From an uncultured delta proteobacterium (lineage in GTDB: Bacteria > Myxococcota > Myxococcia > Myxococcales > Anaeromyxobacteraceae): a DNA stretch of 64,000 bases. Numbering within the stretch: position 1 is the first letter of the stretch; every line of letters starts with the position of its first letter. A program made the translations under genes and the position numbers. This document shows positions 41,077 to 50,576 of this stretch, piece by piece. The notes below the pieces were generated by a model. It was not told the origin of the DNA and ran no database searches. It saw only the letters and a list, made by a program, of their open reading frames with translations. The stretch lies in the NCBI GenBank assembly GCA_963845515.1, contig CAWJSR010000045.1:170108-234107 (forward strand), given 5' to 3'.

Positions 41077-41188
41077 CCGCCTCCCCGTTCCGCTTCCCGC
41101 ACGCCCTACAGCGTGCGGGAACGGGAACCGGAACGTGAGCCATCAAACAGCCTGGTCGGGATGCCATCGGAGAGCGCGCTCACGCTCA

Positions 41189-43560
41189 GGGGATACAGCC
41201 AGGTCTATCGCGCAGACCCGCTGCGATGAGATCGACAGTCGCACTGCGAGTCCACGAGCCTTCCGTGCTCTGGTCGGCCCGCTGAAGGGCGGACGCAGCG
41301 AGAGCGAGGACGGGATCCCAGCGAAATGTCTTGCCTTGCGTCGCCGCGTCGCGCCATCCGTGGAACAGCGCTCTGAGGAGTGGCGAGCTGATCGCCTCGA
41401 GTGCGGCGGCACCGTCCGCGAAGTGTTGCGGGTCTGCAACGACTGCGACGGTGCAGCTCGCGCGCAAGGCCATCCGTGGACGGCTCGAAGACCTTCGGAT
41501 CGGGCGTCCAGCCCGCCAGAAGCCTCGCCAACTCCTCGCGGGACATCTCGCGGAGTTCCGCGGCCGACTTGGGGCTCTCGGAGTGGACCCACTCTACCAT
41601 CTCGCGACGAGGCTCATCCTGTTGTGGACCGTACTTGGCGACGAGCGAGTTGTACTGCTCCTGCATTTCGAGCGGGAGCGCTGCGGCGACCGGCGCCATC
41701 CGCGCGCGGCGCCAGAGGTCGACATACTGGGCTCTCTCCTCGGCCGTCGAGGGACGGCCCAACGCCTCTTCATAGCTCCGCGCGTATTCTTCGACATCAG
41801 GTCCCGCTCTAATCCAACCGATGACGGCTTCCCTCGTTGCTGCCTCGACACCTGCGAAGCTCGCCTTCGCTAGAGCCGCGTATTCGTGCCGGGAGTGGCG
41901 GTCGTCGCAGAGGCTCACGACTAGCAAGCTTGGTGGCCGCCAGGTCGGGGACAGCTCGCCAGACTTGCGCAAGAACCCGCAGCGAAATCCGGCGAAAGAC
42001 GCCCCAGCTACATGCCTCAAGTAGATGAACGACCTTGCGCGCACGCTCAGCACTCGTGCCCGCAAGTTCGCAGGCCGCGTCTCGAACAGCCGAGACTAGG
42101 AGATCTCGAACATCCGACCTTTCGGTTCCGTCAATGCGCGGACGCCAGATCCACGAATAGTCCTCTGCGCCATCTGGGTTTGTCTGGGAGAGCTTGATCG
42201 CCGTGGCGAGGAGGTCGCACAGGAGTTGCAGGGCATCTTCGCCGATGGCGCGCACGAGCGCCGGCGCGCACGACTTAAGAGCCGCCTCGTAGTGATGGAT
42301 GTGGAAGCGGCCACGCGGTTCGGGCGCGACCATGGCTACCTCTCCACCTGCCGGCGCTCTCGATGGGTCTGGATCGACTCTCAGGAGGTTCTTCGCCAGG
42401 CGCAGGCCTGCGGAAGTCTCGCCCCCGGCCACCAGGTGCCGCACCAACTCCCCGAGCTTCTCTGGGAGCAGCATCTGGAAGGGGCTCTCAAGCCAATCCT
42501 CAGCCTTCCGGGCCAGCATCACCCCTTGCGCGGGAGGAAGCGCGAGTGCGACATCGGCCAGGTCTTCGTGAATACGAACGTTCTTCGTCTCGATGGCCAA
42601 AGCGACCTTCAGCACCAACTCCTGCGCCTCGGGGTTCTTCGCCACGCGAGCCAGGAACCTGGACTGAGGCCAAAAAGGAAAGCCGATGGTGCCCCGGCTC
42701 GGGTCCTCGTCCGGCGGCAGAGGCTTCTTGAAGAAGCCCTTCTCGTACAGCGGCCTCAGCCACCGAGGGTCATCGAGCTTGTCGAGGAGATACCTGACCT
42801 GCTCGGCGTGTCCCAGCATCGCAACGACCCGGTCCACATTCTCCGGCGAAGGCTCCTTCAGATTCGCGTCGAGGTCAGCGACCGTCTCGTAGAAGCTCTG
42901 CGCCATCGCACCGAGCGCGGTCTCGAAGAGGTCGAACTGCCGCCGCAGTTCGTCGAAGTCGCCGTCTGCATCGGACTTGCTACCCACGTGGGCTTTGCCG
43001 GCGAACCACGCCCGAACCTTGACCCATTGCAGAATCGCGGGGCGCAACTCCTCGTGGCGCTTGGCGTTGGTCGGCGTGAAAGCGGCATACAACCTCGCGG
43101 CTGATTCGCCGGGGCGCTCTCGGACAGCTTCGTGCTCGGCCAGCAGTCGCCCGATCTGCGCAAGTAGCCGCGAGTCGACCGGAATCGCACCCCCAGCGGG
43201 CGAGGGGCTAGTCGCGGATCCGGCGAGGGTCGCTCCGGTGATACCGGCGTTCCGCCAGGCCGTCGCCAACCCGTCCATCTTGTTCACATAGTCGAGACGC
43301 TCGCTCTTCACGCCCGACACCGCTTCAGGGAGTCGGTTCGCGATGTCGCGCACGGCATGAGAGATGAGAACGACTCGCCCGGGGAGGGACTGGTCATGAA
43401 GGAGGCGCACGGCCGCCTCGTACATTTCCGCGAGTGGCTGAGACTTCTCGGAAAGCCATTGGCGGATCGCCACACGGCGCGCGTCCCAGACGCCTCCCTG
43501 TGCGGCGTCCAACGGAGACGGGGGCGGTGGTACTTCGGTGCCCGCTGTCGCGTTCTCCAT
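41189..43560 (-). pseudogene. N-terminal part of the large candidate defence protein (frameshifts near 41910 and 41460; split by the transposon)
   Basis: GGGAG RBS, MENATAG...; N-domain ISHAVRDIANRL...KAH; helical region YLLDKLDDPRWL...FWPQSRFLARVA. Confidence 0.78.
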
Positions 43561-43573
43561 GACTCCCGGCCCC

Positions 43574-43795
43574 CTACACCCCCAGCAACTCCCTCGCATC
43601 CACCCCGAACGCCTCCGCCAGCTTCTCCAGCGTCGTGAGCGTCGCCGCCACGTCCGCCGTCTCCAGCTTCTGGTAGTGGCGCAGGTTCATCCCGGCAGTC
43701 GCGGCGGTCTTCTCCTGGGACCACCCCCGGCGATCTCGCTCCGCGCGTAGGCAGCGGGCGAGCCGGTCGGCGAGGGAGGGGGTCTTGGACGCCAC
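43574..43795 (-). CDS. XRE/Cro-C1 HTH regulator (C-protein-like)
   Basis: LRAERDRRGWSQEKTA...HYQKLE....TLTTLEKLAEAFGV. Confidence 0.85.
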   Translation of the reverse strand: MASKTPSLADRLARCLRAERDRRGWSQEKTAATAGMNLRHYQKLETADVAATLTTLEKLAEAFGVDARELLGV

Positions 43796-43830
43796 GGACG
43801 GAGGCTACGGGGCCGCGCCCTTGCGGACCA

Positions 43831-43870
43831 CGCCAAAGATGGCGTATACCCGAAGACGCCAAAGATGGCG
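43831..43870. promoter_or_regulatory. Twin palindromic operator
   Basis: CGCCA-AAGA-TGGCG at 43831-43844 and again at 43857-43870. Confidence 0.8.
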
Positions 43871-43891
43871 CAAGCGCGCCGAGGAGCGTCC

Positions 43892-44545
43892 ATGGACCAG
43901 ATGCCCGAGTGCCTGAAGCCGTTCGCGAAGTGGCTCCTTCCCGCGTCGGCGGTGCCGCCAATCTTCCCGCCGCCGGCGGTCTACTTCGTGGTGAAGGGGG
44001 GCGACCTGACCTACGTCGGCCAGTCCATCGCCCTCGACACCCGGCTCGCTTCCCACACCATCGGCGGGAAGGGATGGGACACCTTCTGGTGGTGGCCGGT
44101 CGCGGCGCAGGCGCTCGACGACCTCGAGCGGCTCCTCATCCGGGTGCTCGCGCCGCCCCTCAACCTTCGCGAGGACCCGCCCGACGCGGAGAGGGCGGAG
44201 GTGATCGCGAAGGCGGCCGGCATCGGCTCGGTGCCCGCTCCCGACCGGCGCCCGGGTCACCTCTGGAGGCCGGCCGAGGTCGGCGACCTCGACCGGGTCT
44301 GGCCCATCCTGTCGCGCCAGGGGAAGGAGTTCCTCGCCGCGCTCGCCGAGGACGCGCCGGTCGTGATGGGCTCCTTCAGCCAGCGGCTCCATGCCCGGGG
44401 CGCCATGCCGTACCTGACCCGGGTGTTCCGGAGGCAGGCAAAGTCGCGGTCGCCGGTCCACTTCGAGGGGCAGGGCCGGCGGAGGAAGCTCTGGCTCGAT
44501 GCGTCGGTCGCCGCACGGGTCGTCGAGCTCGGCGCGGCGGAGTAG
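43892..44545 (+). CDS. GIY-YIG nuclease-domain protein
   Basis: GAGGAG RBS; AVYF...TYVGQSIALDTRLASH...LE..LI....PPLN. Confidence 0.75.
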   Translation: MDQMPECLKPFAKWLLPASAVPPIFPPPAVYFVVKGGDLTYVGQSIALDTRLASHTIGGKGWDTFWWWPVAAQALDDLERLLIRVLAPPLNLREDPPDAERAEVIAKAAGIGSVPAPDRRPGHLWRPAEVGDLDRVWPILSRQGKEFLAALAEDAPVVMGSFSQRLHARGAMPYLTRVFRRQAKSRSPVHFEGQGRRRKLWLDASVAARVVELGAAE

Positions 44546-45829
44546 GACGCCCGGGTTTCGCGCTTCGAATCGCGTTTATAAAGTGCTTCACCGTGACACC
44601 GGGATTCAAACACGAAACCCCGGCGGCGTGGCGCGGGTCGGAGGAGGCGGCGCAGGGCGGGATCGGTCGCGCTGGTCTGCTCAGGCGCGGCCTGCCGAGA
44701 GGCCCTCTGGGACGCCGACGGAGCATCCTGGAAGAGCCCGGACCGCGTCGCGACGGCCGCGATTTCGCGACACATTTCGTGATTTTAAAGCGTTACGTGC
44801 TGTTAACACCGTTGTGTCACGAAATGCTTCGGCGGCGATCGGGCCGGGGGCGTCCAAGTCCTCGAATTTCCACCCTGCCCCGGGTTTCGCGATGAGGCCG
44901 CGTGACGGGGGTTTCGTGATTCCGTTTTCCCGACCCCTCCCCCCCAACGACTGGGTGGAGGGGTCGGGAAAACAGAATCAGAGGAGAAGGAATCAGGAGG
45001 AGAGGGGCAGGGTGGAAATGGGATGGATGGAGAGAGTGGAGATGGAGATGAGTGGAGTGAGTGGGAGATACAGAGAGTGAAGTGGAGTGGATGAGTAGAG
45101 AAAGAGAAGAAGAAGAAAAAGGAAAAGAAGAAGAGGAGGGGGCGCGGGGAAGGTGAAGGGGGTTGGGCGGGGTGGTGGAGGTGGCGATGGGGGCGCGGGA
45201 TGGAGGTCGAGGGGAAGAGGGCGAGGACGGAGGAGGCGGACGATGGACAGGTACGGAGCGGTGACGAGGTGAGGTCGGAGGGGGGCTCGGTGGGGCGGCT
45301 ATCGGGGTGGTCGAGGTGGGGCTGCCAGAGGGAGGCCGGTCAGGACATCGCTGACAACCGTCGAACCTGGTCGAAGTCCGAAGGGGCCGTCCCTGAGCGG
45401 CGGGCGGCCGGGCTCTTGCGGCCGCGAACGGTCGCCATGCTAGCCTCCGCGCCAAGCGCGGAGGACAGGTCGACGCAGGGGGATGAGCGATGACACTTTG
45501 CGCCAAGCCGGTCGCCGAGAAGTGCGCCCTGGACGACGGCCACACCGGCGAGTGCCGCTGCCAACACGAGCGCGCCGCGGCCGGTCTCGGGAACGCCCTC
45601 GACTCCCTGGTCAGGGAGGTCGAGGCGACGGACGCGAACTTCCACCTTCGGAAGGCGGCGAGGGTCGCTCGCCGCGCGCAGGAGCGGGAGGTCGTCACCG
45701 CCGAGGATTCTCGCTCGGAGCGACGCGGAGAAGGCCGCTGGGCGGGAGCGCCGGCGCGCAACCGACGAGCGGGACCGGAAGTACGAAGGCGATCCGGGCG
45801 CGTTCGATCGAGGCGAGGATGGGCGCGGG

Positions 45830-46249
45830 GTGGTCCAGGTGCTCTTCGCGAACCTGAAGGCGGCCCTTCCAGAGCTGGAGAAGCTGCTCGCCAGATGCTC
45901 AGGGGAGTGGGGGTACGACGACCCGCTCTACCGGCTCTATCACCAGAGCTACAAGGTCTACTGGCTCCAGGACGCGACCCGCGAGATTGTCGCGGCGCTC
46001 CAGGCGCTCGCGCCCGATCGCGAGCTCGACGAGTGGTTCACGCAGATCGTCCGGGACGGGACCGGGCGCACCTTCCAGCTGGGCGACAACCAGCGGTGGC
46101 TCGCGTGCACCCGTCCGATCGTCGAGGCCTTCTTCCACGCGCGCTACTTCCTCGAGATGGCCGTGCGGCAGGGGCAGCAGCTCGACGCGCCGCCGCTCGT
46201 GCTGCCGAGCGGGTGGGCGGCGTTGCTGTGCCTGTATGAGTTGCGCTGA
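45830..46249 (+). CDS. Hypothetical protein (3' end duplicated at 63765-63884)
   Basis: Aromatic-rich ORF with host-like codon use (YRLYHQSYKVY, EAFFHARYFLEM); start uncertain. Confidence 0.7.
   Translation: MVQVLFANLKAALPELEKLLARCSGEWGYDDPLYRLYHQSYKVYWLQDATREIVAALQALAPDRELDEWFTQIVRDGTGRTFQLGDNQRWLACTRPIVEAFFHARYFLEMAVRQGQQLDAPPLVLPSGWAALLCLYELR
46135..46249 (+). repeat. Left copy of imperfect direct repeat
   Basis: CCACGCGCGCTAC.TCCTCGAGATGGCCGTGCGGCAGGGG...CAGCTCGACGCGCCGCCGCT.GTGCTGCCGAGCGGGTGGG shared with 63765-63884. Confidence 0.88.
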
Positions 46250-46807
46250 CAACGGACGTTGCGTCGACCTGCACCGATGTCGTGGCCCCGCGGGACCGTA
46301 ACCTCGTTCACTGCGCAGGGCGACCACGGCGGCACGGGCGGCGACGGAGCGAAGGGAGAACTCCTGGCGTTGCCCCATGGCTACCAAGCCACGAGGGCGA
46401 GGGGCCCGGCCCTCGCCGACGTCGACGGACTTGTCAGTCGGGATAGGGAGTTCGCGAACAACCCGCGCTGGCCGCACGAGCCGCTGAAGCAGGGGCGCGT
46501 GTGCTCCTTCAGCTCTGCACGGCGTTGGACGGGATGGGCGACACCGAGTGGGCGCCTCCCATGCCTCCGGCGAGCACGCATCGGGCTACCAGCCTCTGGA
46601 GTGCTGTACCTGGCACACTATGGGTTCTTGCAGGCGACCAACATTCAGCAGGATGCCGCGCCCGCGATCTGGTCCTTCCTCGGTATCAGGCCGGCTCGAT
46701 CACCTCGGCACCATCCCTCCTGCCGACGAAAACCGAGGAGCGTGAACGGTTACGCCTAATGAAGGCCGGTCCTGCTGCTCCGCTGCGTCCACAACAACAG
46801 AAGACTA

Positions 46808-46878
46808 AGGCGAGGGCAGGATTCGAACCTGCGTACACGGCTTTGCACACCGTTGCCTGACCGCTCGGCGACCCCGCC
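46808..46878 (-). tRNA. tRNA-Cys(GCA), atypical (G32, U31:G39, CCA not encoded)
   Basis: GGCGGGG/CCTCGCC acceptor stem, U73, GCC..GGC D-arm, ACGGT-GTGCAAA-GCCGT anticodon arm, GCAGG-TTCGAAT-CCTGC T-arm. Confidence 0.88.
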
Positions 46879-46933
46879 AAGAATACTCGATTGATGGAGC
46901 GGTTCAGTACGTGCGCCGCCCTGAAGACATTCA

Positions 46934-47455
46934 TCACGTCACCAGTCCTGCAACGAGCCCCAGCCCAATACCGAAGGAGACATGATTGAAGGCGCTCGTC
47001 CGGAGGGGTGCCATGGACGGCGGACCGAGCGCGCCGCAAAGACCGAACCCGAACGACGGGAACATGACGAACCACGCCAACACCGTTGTGAGCGTGCCGT
47101 ACGCGACGGCCCAGCCCAGTCGGTCGGGGGAGACGTCGATCAAGCTCGAGAGAAGGACGTAGATAGTGCCGAGAACCCCACCGATGGCGTAGTGGGTCAC
47201 CTCGCCGAGCGCGAACTCCCGCCAAACCGGCATGGCGTCACGTATGTCACGGTGCACGAACCGACCCCGAAACATGTGACCGACCCAGCGCCCGAGAAGC
47301 GCTGGCCGGAACAGGCCGACCGCGAGCGTTCTCGAGGCCGCTAGGTTGAAGACATCCATGAAGAGCGTGGAGAGTAGGCCGATCAGGAATCCCTGAAGCA
47401 TCGTTGGCGTAGCCACGGTGAATGCCCCCCACCCAGGTACTGTTGCTTCGTTCAA
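46934..47455 (-). CDS. DUF2938-like membrane protein
   Basis: GLLSTLFMD...LLGRWVGHM.RGRF.H..I...GEVTHYAIG...FVMFPSFGFG...NHVSFGIGL. Confidence 0.82.
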   Translation of the reverse strand: MNEATVPGWGAFTVATPTMLQGFLIGLLSTLFMDVFNLAASRTLAVGLFRPALLGRWVGHMFRGRFVHRDIRDAMPVWREFALGEVTHYAIGGVLGTIYVLLSSLIDVSPDRLGWAVAYGTLTTVLAWFVMFPSFGFGLCGALGPPSMAPLRTSAFNHVSFGIGLGLVAGLVT

Positions 47456-47538
47456 TGGCGTTTGACCCCACCTAGAAACCGTCTCTCGGTGCCCCGTACA
47501 GGCCGTCGAAATAGTCGCCCGGGTGGCTTCCGGAAGAC

Positions 47539-48168
47539 CTAGGCTAAGAATGGATTGAGATCCTCAACGCGATCCACGAGGAGCGGCGCACCAGCCGCGA
47601 TGAGCGCCGGGCGCGGTGTCAGCCCCCAGGTGACAGAGACCAGCGGGATGCCGATCGACCGCGCGAGTGCGATGTTCGCGCACCCGTCGCCGATGAGCAC
47701 CGCGTCGGCCGGGCTGCCCCCGAGGCGCGCCAGGATGCCGAGGGTCCCGGCGGGATCGGGTTTGCAGGGAGCCTCATCCCCTCCCACCACCGCCTCGAAG
47801 TGACTACCGAGTCCCAGATCACCGAGCATGCGCCTAGCCAGCGCTCCAGGCTTGAATGTATGGACAGCGAGCGTACGCCTCGCGTTGGCGACGACCTCGA
47901 CGATACCGGGATAGGGTCGACTATGGTCAAGACAATGGATCTCGTAATGCGCCCACCATGCAGCGCACGCGGCGTCGGCGAGGTGTGCGTGCGGCGATAC
48001 TGCACCCTCCACGAGGCGTCGAATCCCGCCTCCAATGAGCCCTCGAACCTCCTCTGGCGATCTGGGAGGCAATCCCACCGATCGCAGTGCGGCCGCGACC
48101 GCAAGGACGAGGTCGTCGAGCGTGTCGACTAGGGTTCCGTCGAGGTCGAAGATCGCGATGCGCTTCAC
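47539..48168 (-). CDS. HAD-family hydrolase (phosphoglycolate phosphatase-like, deviant motifs)
   Basis: FDLDGTLVD, KPDP; motif II TFK and motif IV GDGCAN differ from the usual TNK and GDSxxD. Confidence 0.8.
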   Translation of the reverse strand: MKRIAIFDLDGTLVDTLDDLVLAVAAALRSVGLPPRSPEEVRGLIGGGIRRLVEGAVSPHAHLADAACAAWWAHYEIHCLDHSRPYPGIVEVVANARRTLAVHTFKPGALARRMLGDLGLGSHFEAVVGGDEAPCKPDPAGTLGILARLGGSPADAVLIGDGCANIALARSIGIPLVSVTWGLTPRPALIAAGAPLLVDRVEDLNPFLA

Positions 48169-48513
48169 TCGCCCCCTCCCGTGCGAGGCACGGCGCACAG
48201 CGTAATGGTTGGGGTGGCGGAGGGATAGAGTGCGCTCCGAACGGTTGCCGGGGGCTCGTTCTCACCGCCCGAGCGCGAGCCCTCCCGGCGCTGCGCACAG
48301 CGTGGAAGGACGGAGTCAGTCGAGGCGCACTTTCGTGCGGCAGCGAAAGGAACACGAAAGGAGGTTGACACACGCGTAGTGTATACGGTACCCGAAGTGT
48401 ATGTCACGCGTCGTGGAAGCGTCGCGGGGCCCGGGGGGGTCGGCAAGCTTCGGCTGGACGTTGCCTCCTCTCCGAGCGCCTGCGTCCGTCAAGTCCGTGC
48501 CCCGGGAGGCCGC

Positions 48514-50046
48514 ATGCCGGTGAGGGAAATCCAATCGGACTTCCTCGGTGCGGCGACGGAGTATGTCCTTGGGGACGGGCGTCGATTCTCGGAGGCACTA
48601 TCTCGACTCAGCGGCGACCACGATGATGATGGGGGTAGCGTTCGACGTCGTTAGGGAATTCCTGCCGCACTATGGAAGCACGCACAGCACTGCCCACGTC
48701 TCGGCGCGGATTGCATCGGAGGCGATGGAGTGGGCGCACGGCCGTGTACTGGAGTTCGTGGGTGCGGAATCCCGACGAGTACGTCTCGGTCTTCCATGGG
48801 AGCGGCGCGACGGGCTGCATCAACCGTCTCGCGAGGATGTTCGCAGCACTCCGCGCCGAGAGACCAGAGGTGCTCGTCTCCCTCATGGAGCACCACTCGA
48901 ACGATCTTCCCCACCGGCGACACGCGGGAAGCGTTGCGCATGTCCCTCTTGTCGGAGAGTCGCCTGCGCTCGGGGCAATCTCGCTGCCGAAGCTCGAGGA
49001 GATGTTGGCCGCTGCTGCTGGACGGGTGAACTACGTCGCGGTCACGGGCGCCAGCAACGTGACGGGACTCGTGAATCCCGTGCATGACGTCGCCGAGATC
49101 GCGCACCGCCACGGCGCGTTCGTCCTCGTGGACGGCGCACAACTTGTCGCGCATCGGCGCGTATCGGTTTCTCGCGGTGTCGCCCCAGAACGACGAATCG
49201 ACGCTTTCGTATTCTCGGGCCACAAGATCTATGCTCCAGGCTCGCCGGGCGTGATCGTCGTCCGCAAGGACCTTCTGGCGGCCAGCGAGCCCGGGGAGTT
49301 GGGCGGCGGCGTCGTGCATGAGGTCCAGCGCGACTCCTACCGGCTCGTCGAGAAGCTCCCGGACAGGGAGCAGGCCGGGACCCCGAACGTCGTCGGAGCC
49401 GTGGCGCTCGCTGCGGTGCTGGACGTCCTAGAATCGCGTGGGAATCGAGCGCCTCGTAGCGCGGGAGGAGTCCCTGGTCGCCGAGGCTCTCACTCGGCTC
49501 AATGCGCTGCCCGGGGTGGAGGTCTATGGAGAGACGGACGTTGAGCGGGCCGCTCGTGTGGGCGTCGTCTCGTTCAACATACGAGGACTGGACCACGGCC
49601 TCGTGGCGGCTGCGCTGAGCGACTATCACAACGTCGCGGTGCGCCATGGGTGCTTCTGCGCGCATCCGTACGTGCGTGAACTCCTCACCCCGATGCTCTG
49701 GAACCTCGACGTGGACGGATTGAGCAATGCCGAGGCTGAGGTCTACCTTGCCAAGAAGCGTGGCATGGTGCGGTCCAGCTTCGGGCTGTACTCGACACCC
49801 GAAGACCTGGAGGCGTTGCTCCGCGGCGTCGGCGACCTCACGCGGAACGCAGAGGAATTCCGGGCGAAGTATGTCGCTCAGCCTGACGCAACCTACAAGC
49901 ACATGGGTGAGGCGAGCGCGACGCCCGTGTTTCATCCGGGAGACGTCGTCGCCGCCGCGCTCGCCTCGCGGAAAGCGAGCGCTCGCACGTCGGCCGCGGG
50001 CGGGCCCAGAGCGTTGACGTTCTGGCCGAGGGGAGCGATCCCATGA
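48514..50046 (+). CDS. Class V PLP cysteine desulfurase-like enzyme (frameshifts near 48585, 48768, 49435)
   Basis: GGGAGG RBS; YLDSAAT, MEHHSN, ASNVTG, DGAQ, SGHK, AGTPN, RHGCFCAHPY, RSSFGLY. Confidence 0.88.
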
Positions 50047-50576
50047 GGCGCATCCTGATCAGCGGCCTTGTGCGAGGGGCCGCCGCGACGATCGTCATGG
50101 ATTTGCTGAATGCGGTCGCCGCCTGGGCGGGCGCCGTGGAACGCATGAACCCGCGGCTCACGGGGCGGCTCGCCGATGGCTGGGTGCGCGGCAAGTTCCT
50201 GTACCGCGGCTTGGCGGAGGTAGCGGACGTTCCGGGTGCGCTCCTGAAGGGCATCACCGCGCATTACGTCATCGGAGCGGCCTTTGGTCTCTGCTTCGCG
50301 TGGTTCCTCGCGGTCCTCGGTCGAGCCCGCGCCGGTGTCGCACTTCCGCTCTTCTACGGACTGTGCACGACCGCGGCATCGCTGCTCGTTCTCTTCCCCT
50401 CCGTCGGGATCGGGTTCTTCGCCGCTCATGCCCCGGACCCCTACGCGTTGGTGGGCGCGAGCACGCTGAACCACCTGTTCTACGGGCTCGGACTTGCGCT
50501 GGCTTTTCGGGGCTACGCGGCAGTGCGAGAGACCGGAGACCTGGGACTTTCCAGTCGCCTCGAGGATCTCGGGTGA
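50043..50576 (+). CDS. DUF2938-like membrane protein (second copy)
   Basis: ATIVMD...GR...RGKF...HYVIG...FPSVGIGFFA...NHLFYGLGL. Confidence 0.8.
   Translation: MRRILISGLVRGAAATIVMDLLNAVAAWAGAVERMNPRLTGRLADGWVRGKFLYRGLAEVADVPGALLKGITAHYVIGAAFGLCFAWFLAVLGRARAGVALPLFYGLCTTAASLLVLFPSVGIGFFAAHAPDPYALVGASTLNHLFYGLGLALAFRGYAAVRETGDLGLSSRLEDLG

Larger units (their letters stand above)
36074..41188 (+). mobile_element. 5.1-kb transposon (DDE transposase, ExeA-like AAA ATPase, AAA_25 ATPase, passengers)
   Basis: Ends TGAGCACGGGCAAGCACCGCGATGGC and (reverse complement) TGAGCGTGAGCGCGCTCTCCGATGGC match at 18/26; GGGG on both flanks; interrupts a gene. Confidence 0.85.

Noticed and set aside
45490..45829. 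Cys/His-rich phage-like ORF (MTLCAKP...)
   Set aside because: Plausible N-terminus but no definable end or family, and it is adjacent to the suspect low-complexity tract
46250..46800. Precursor peptide or gene between the repeat and tRNA-Cys
   Set aside because: Only short inconsistent ORFs without RBS or leader/core features; may be a degraded remnant
48365..48393. Sigma70 promoter for the biosynthetic operon
   Set aside because: TTGACA is present but there is no convincing -10 hexamer at 16-18 bp spacing
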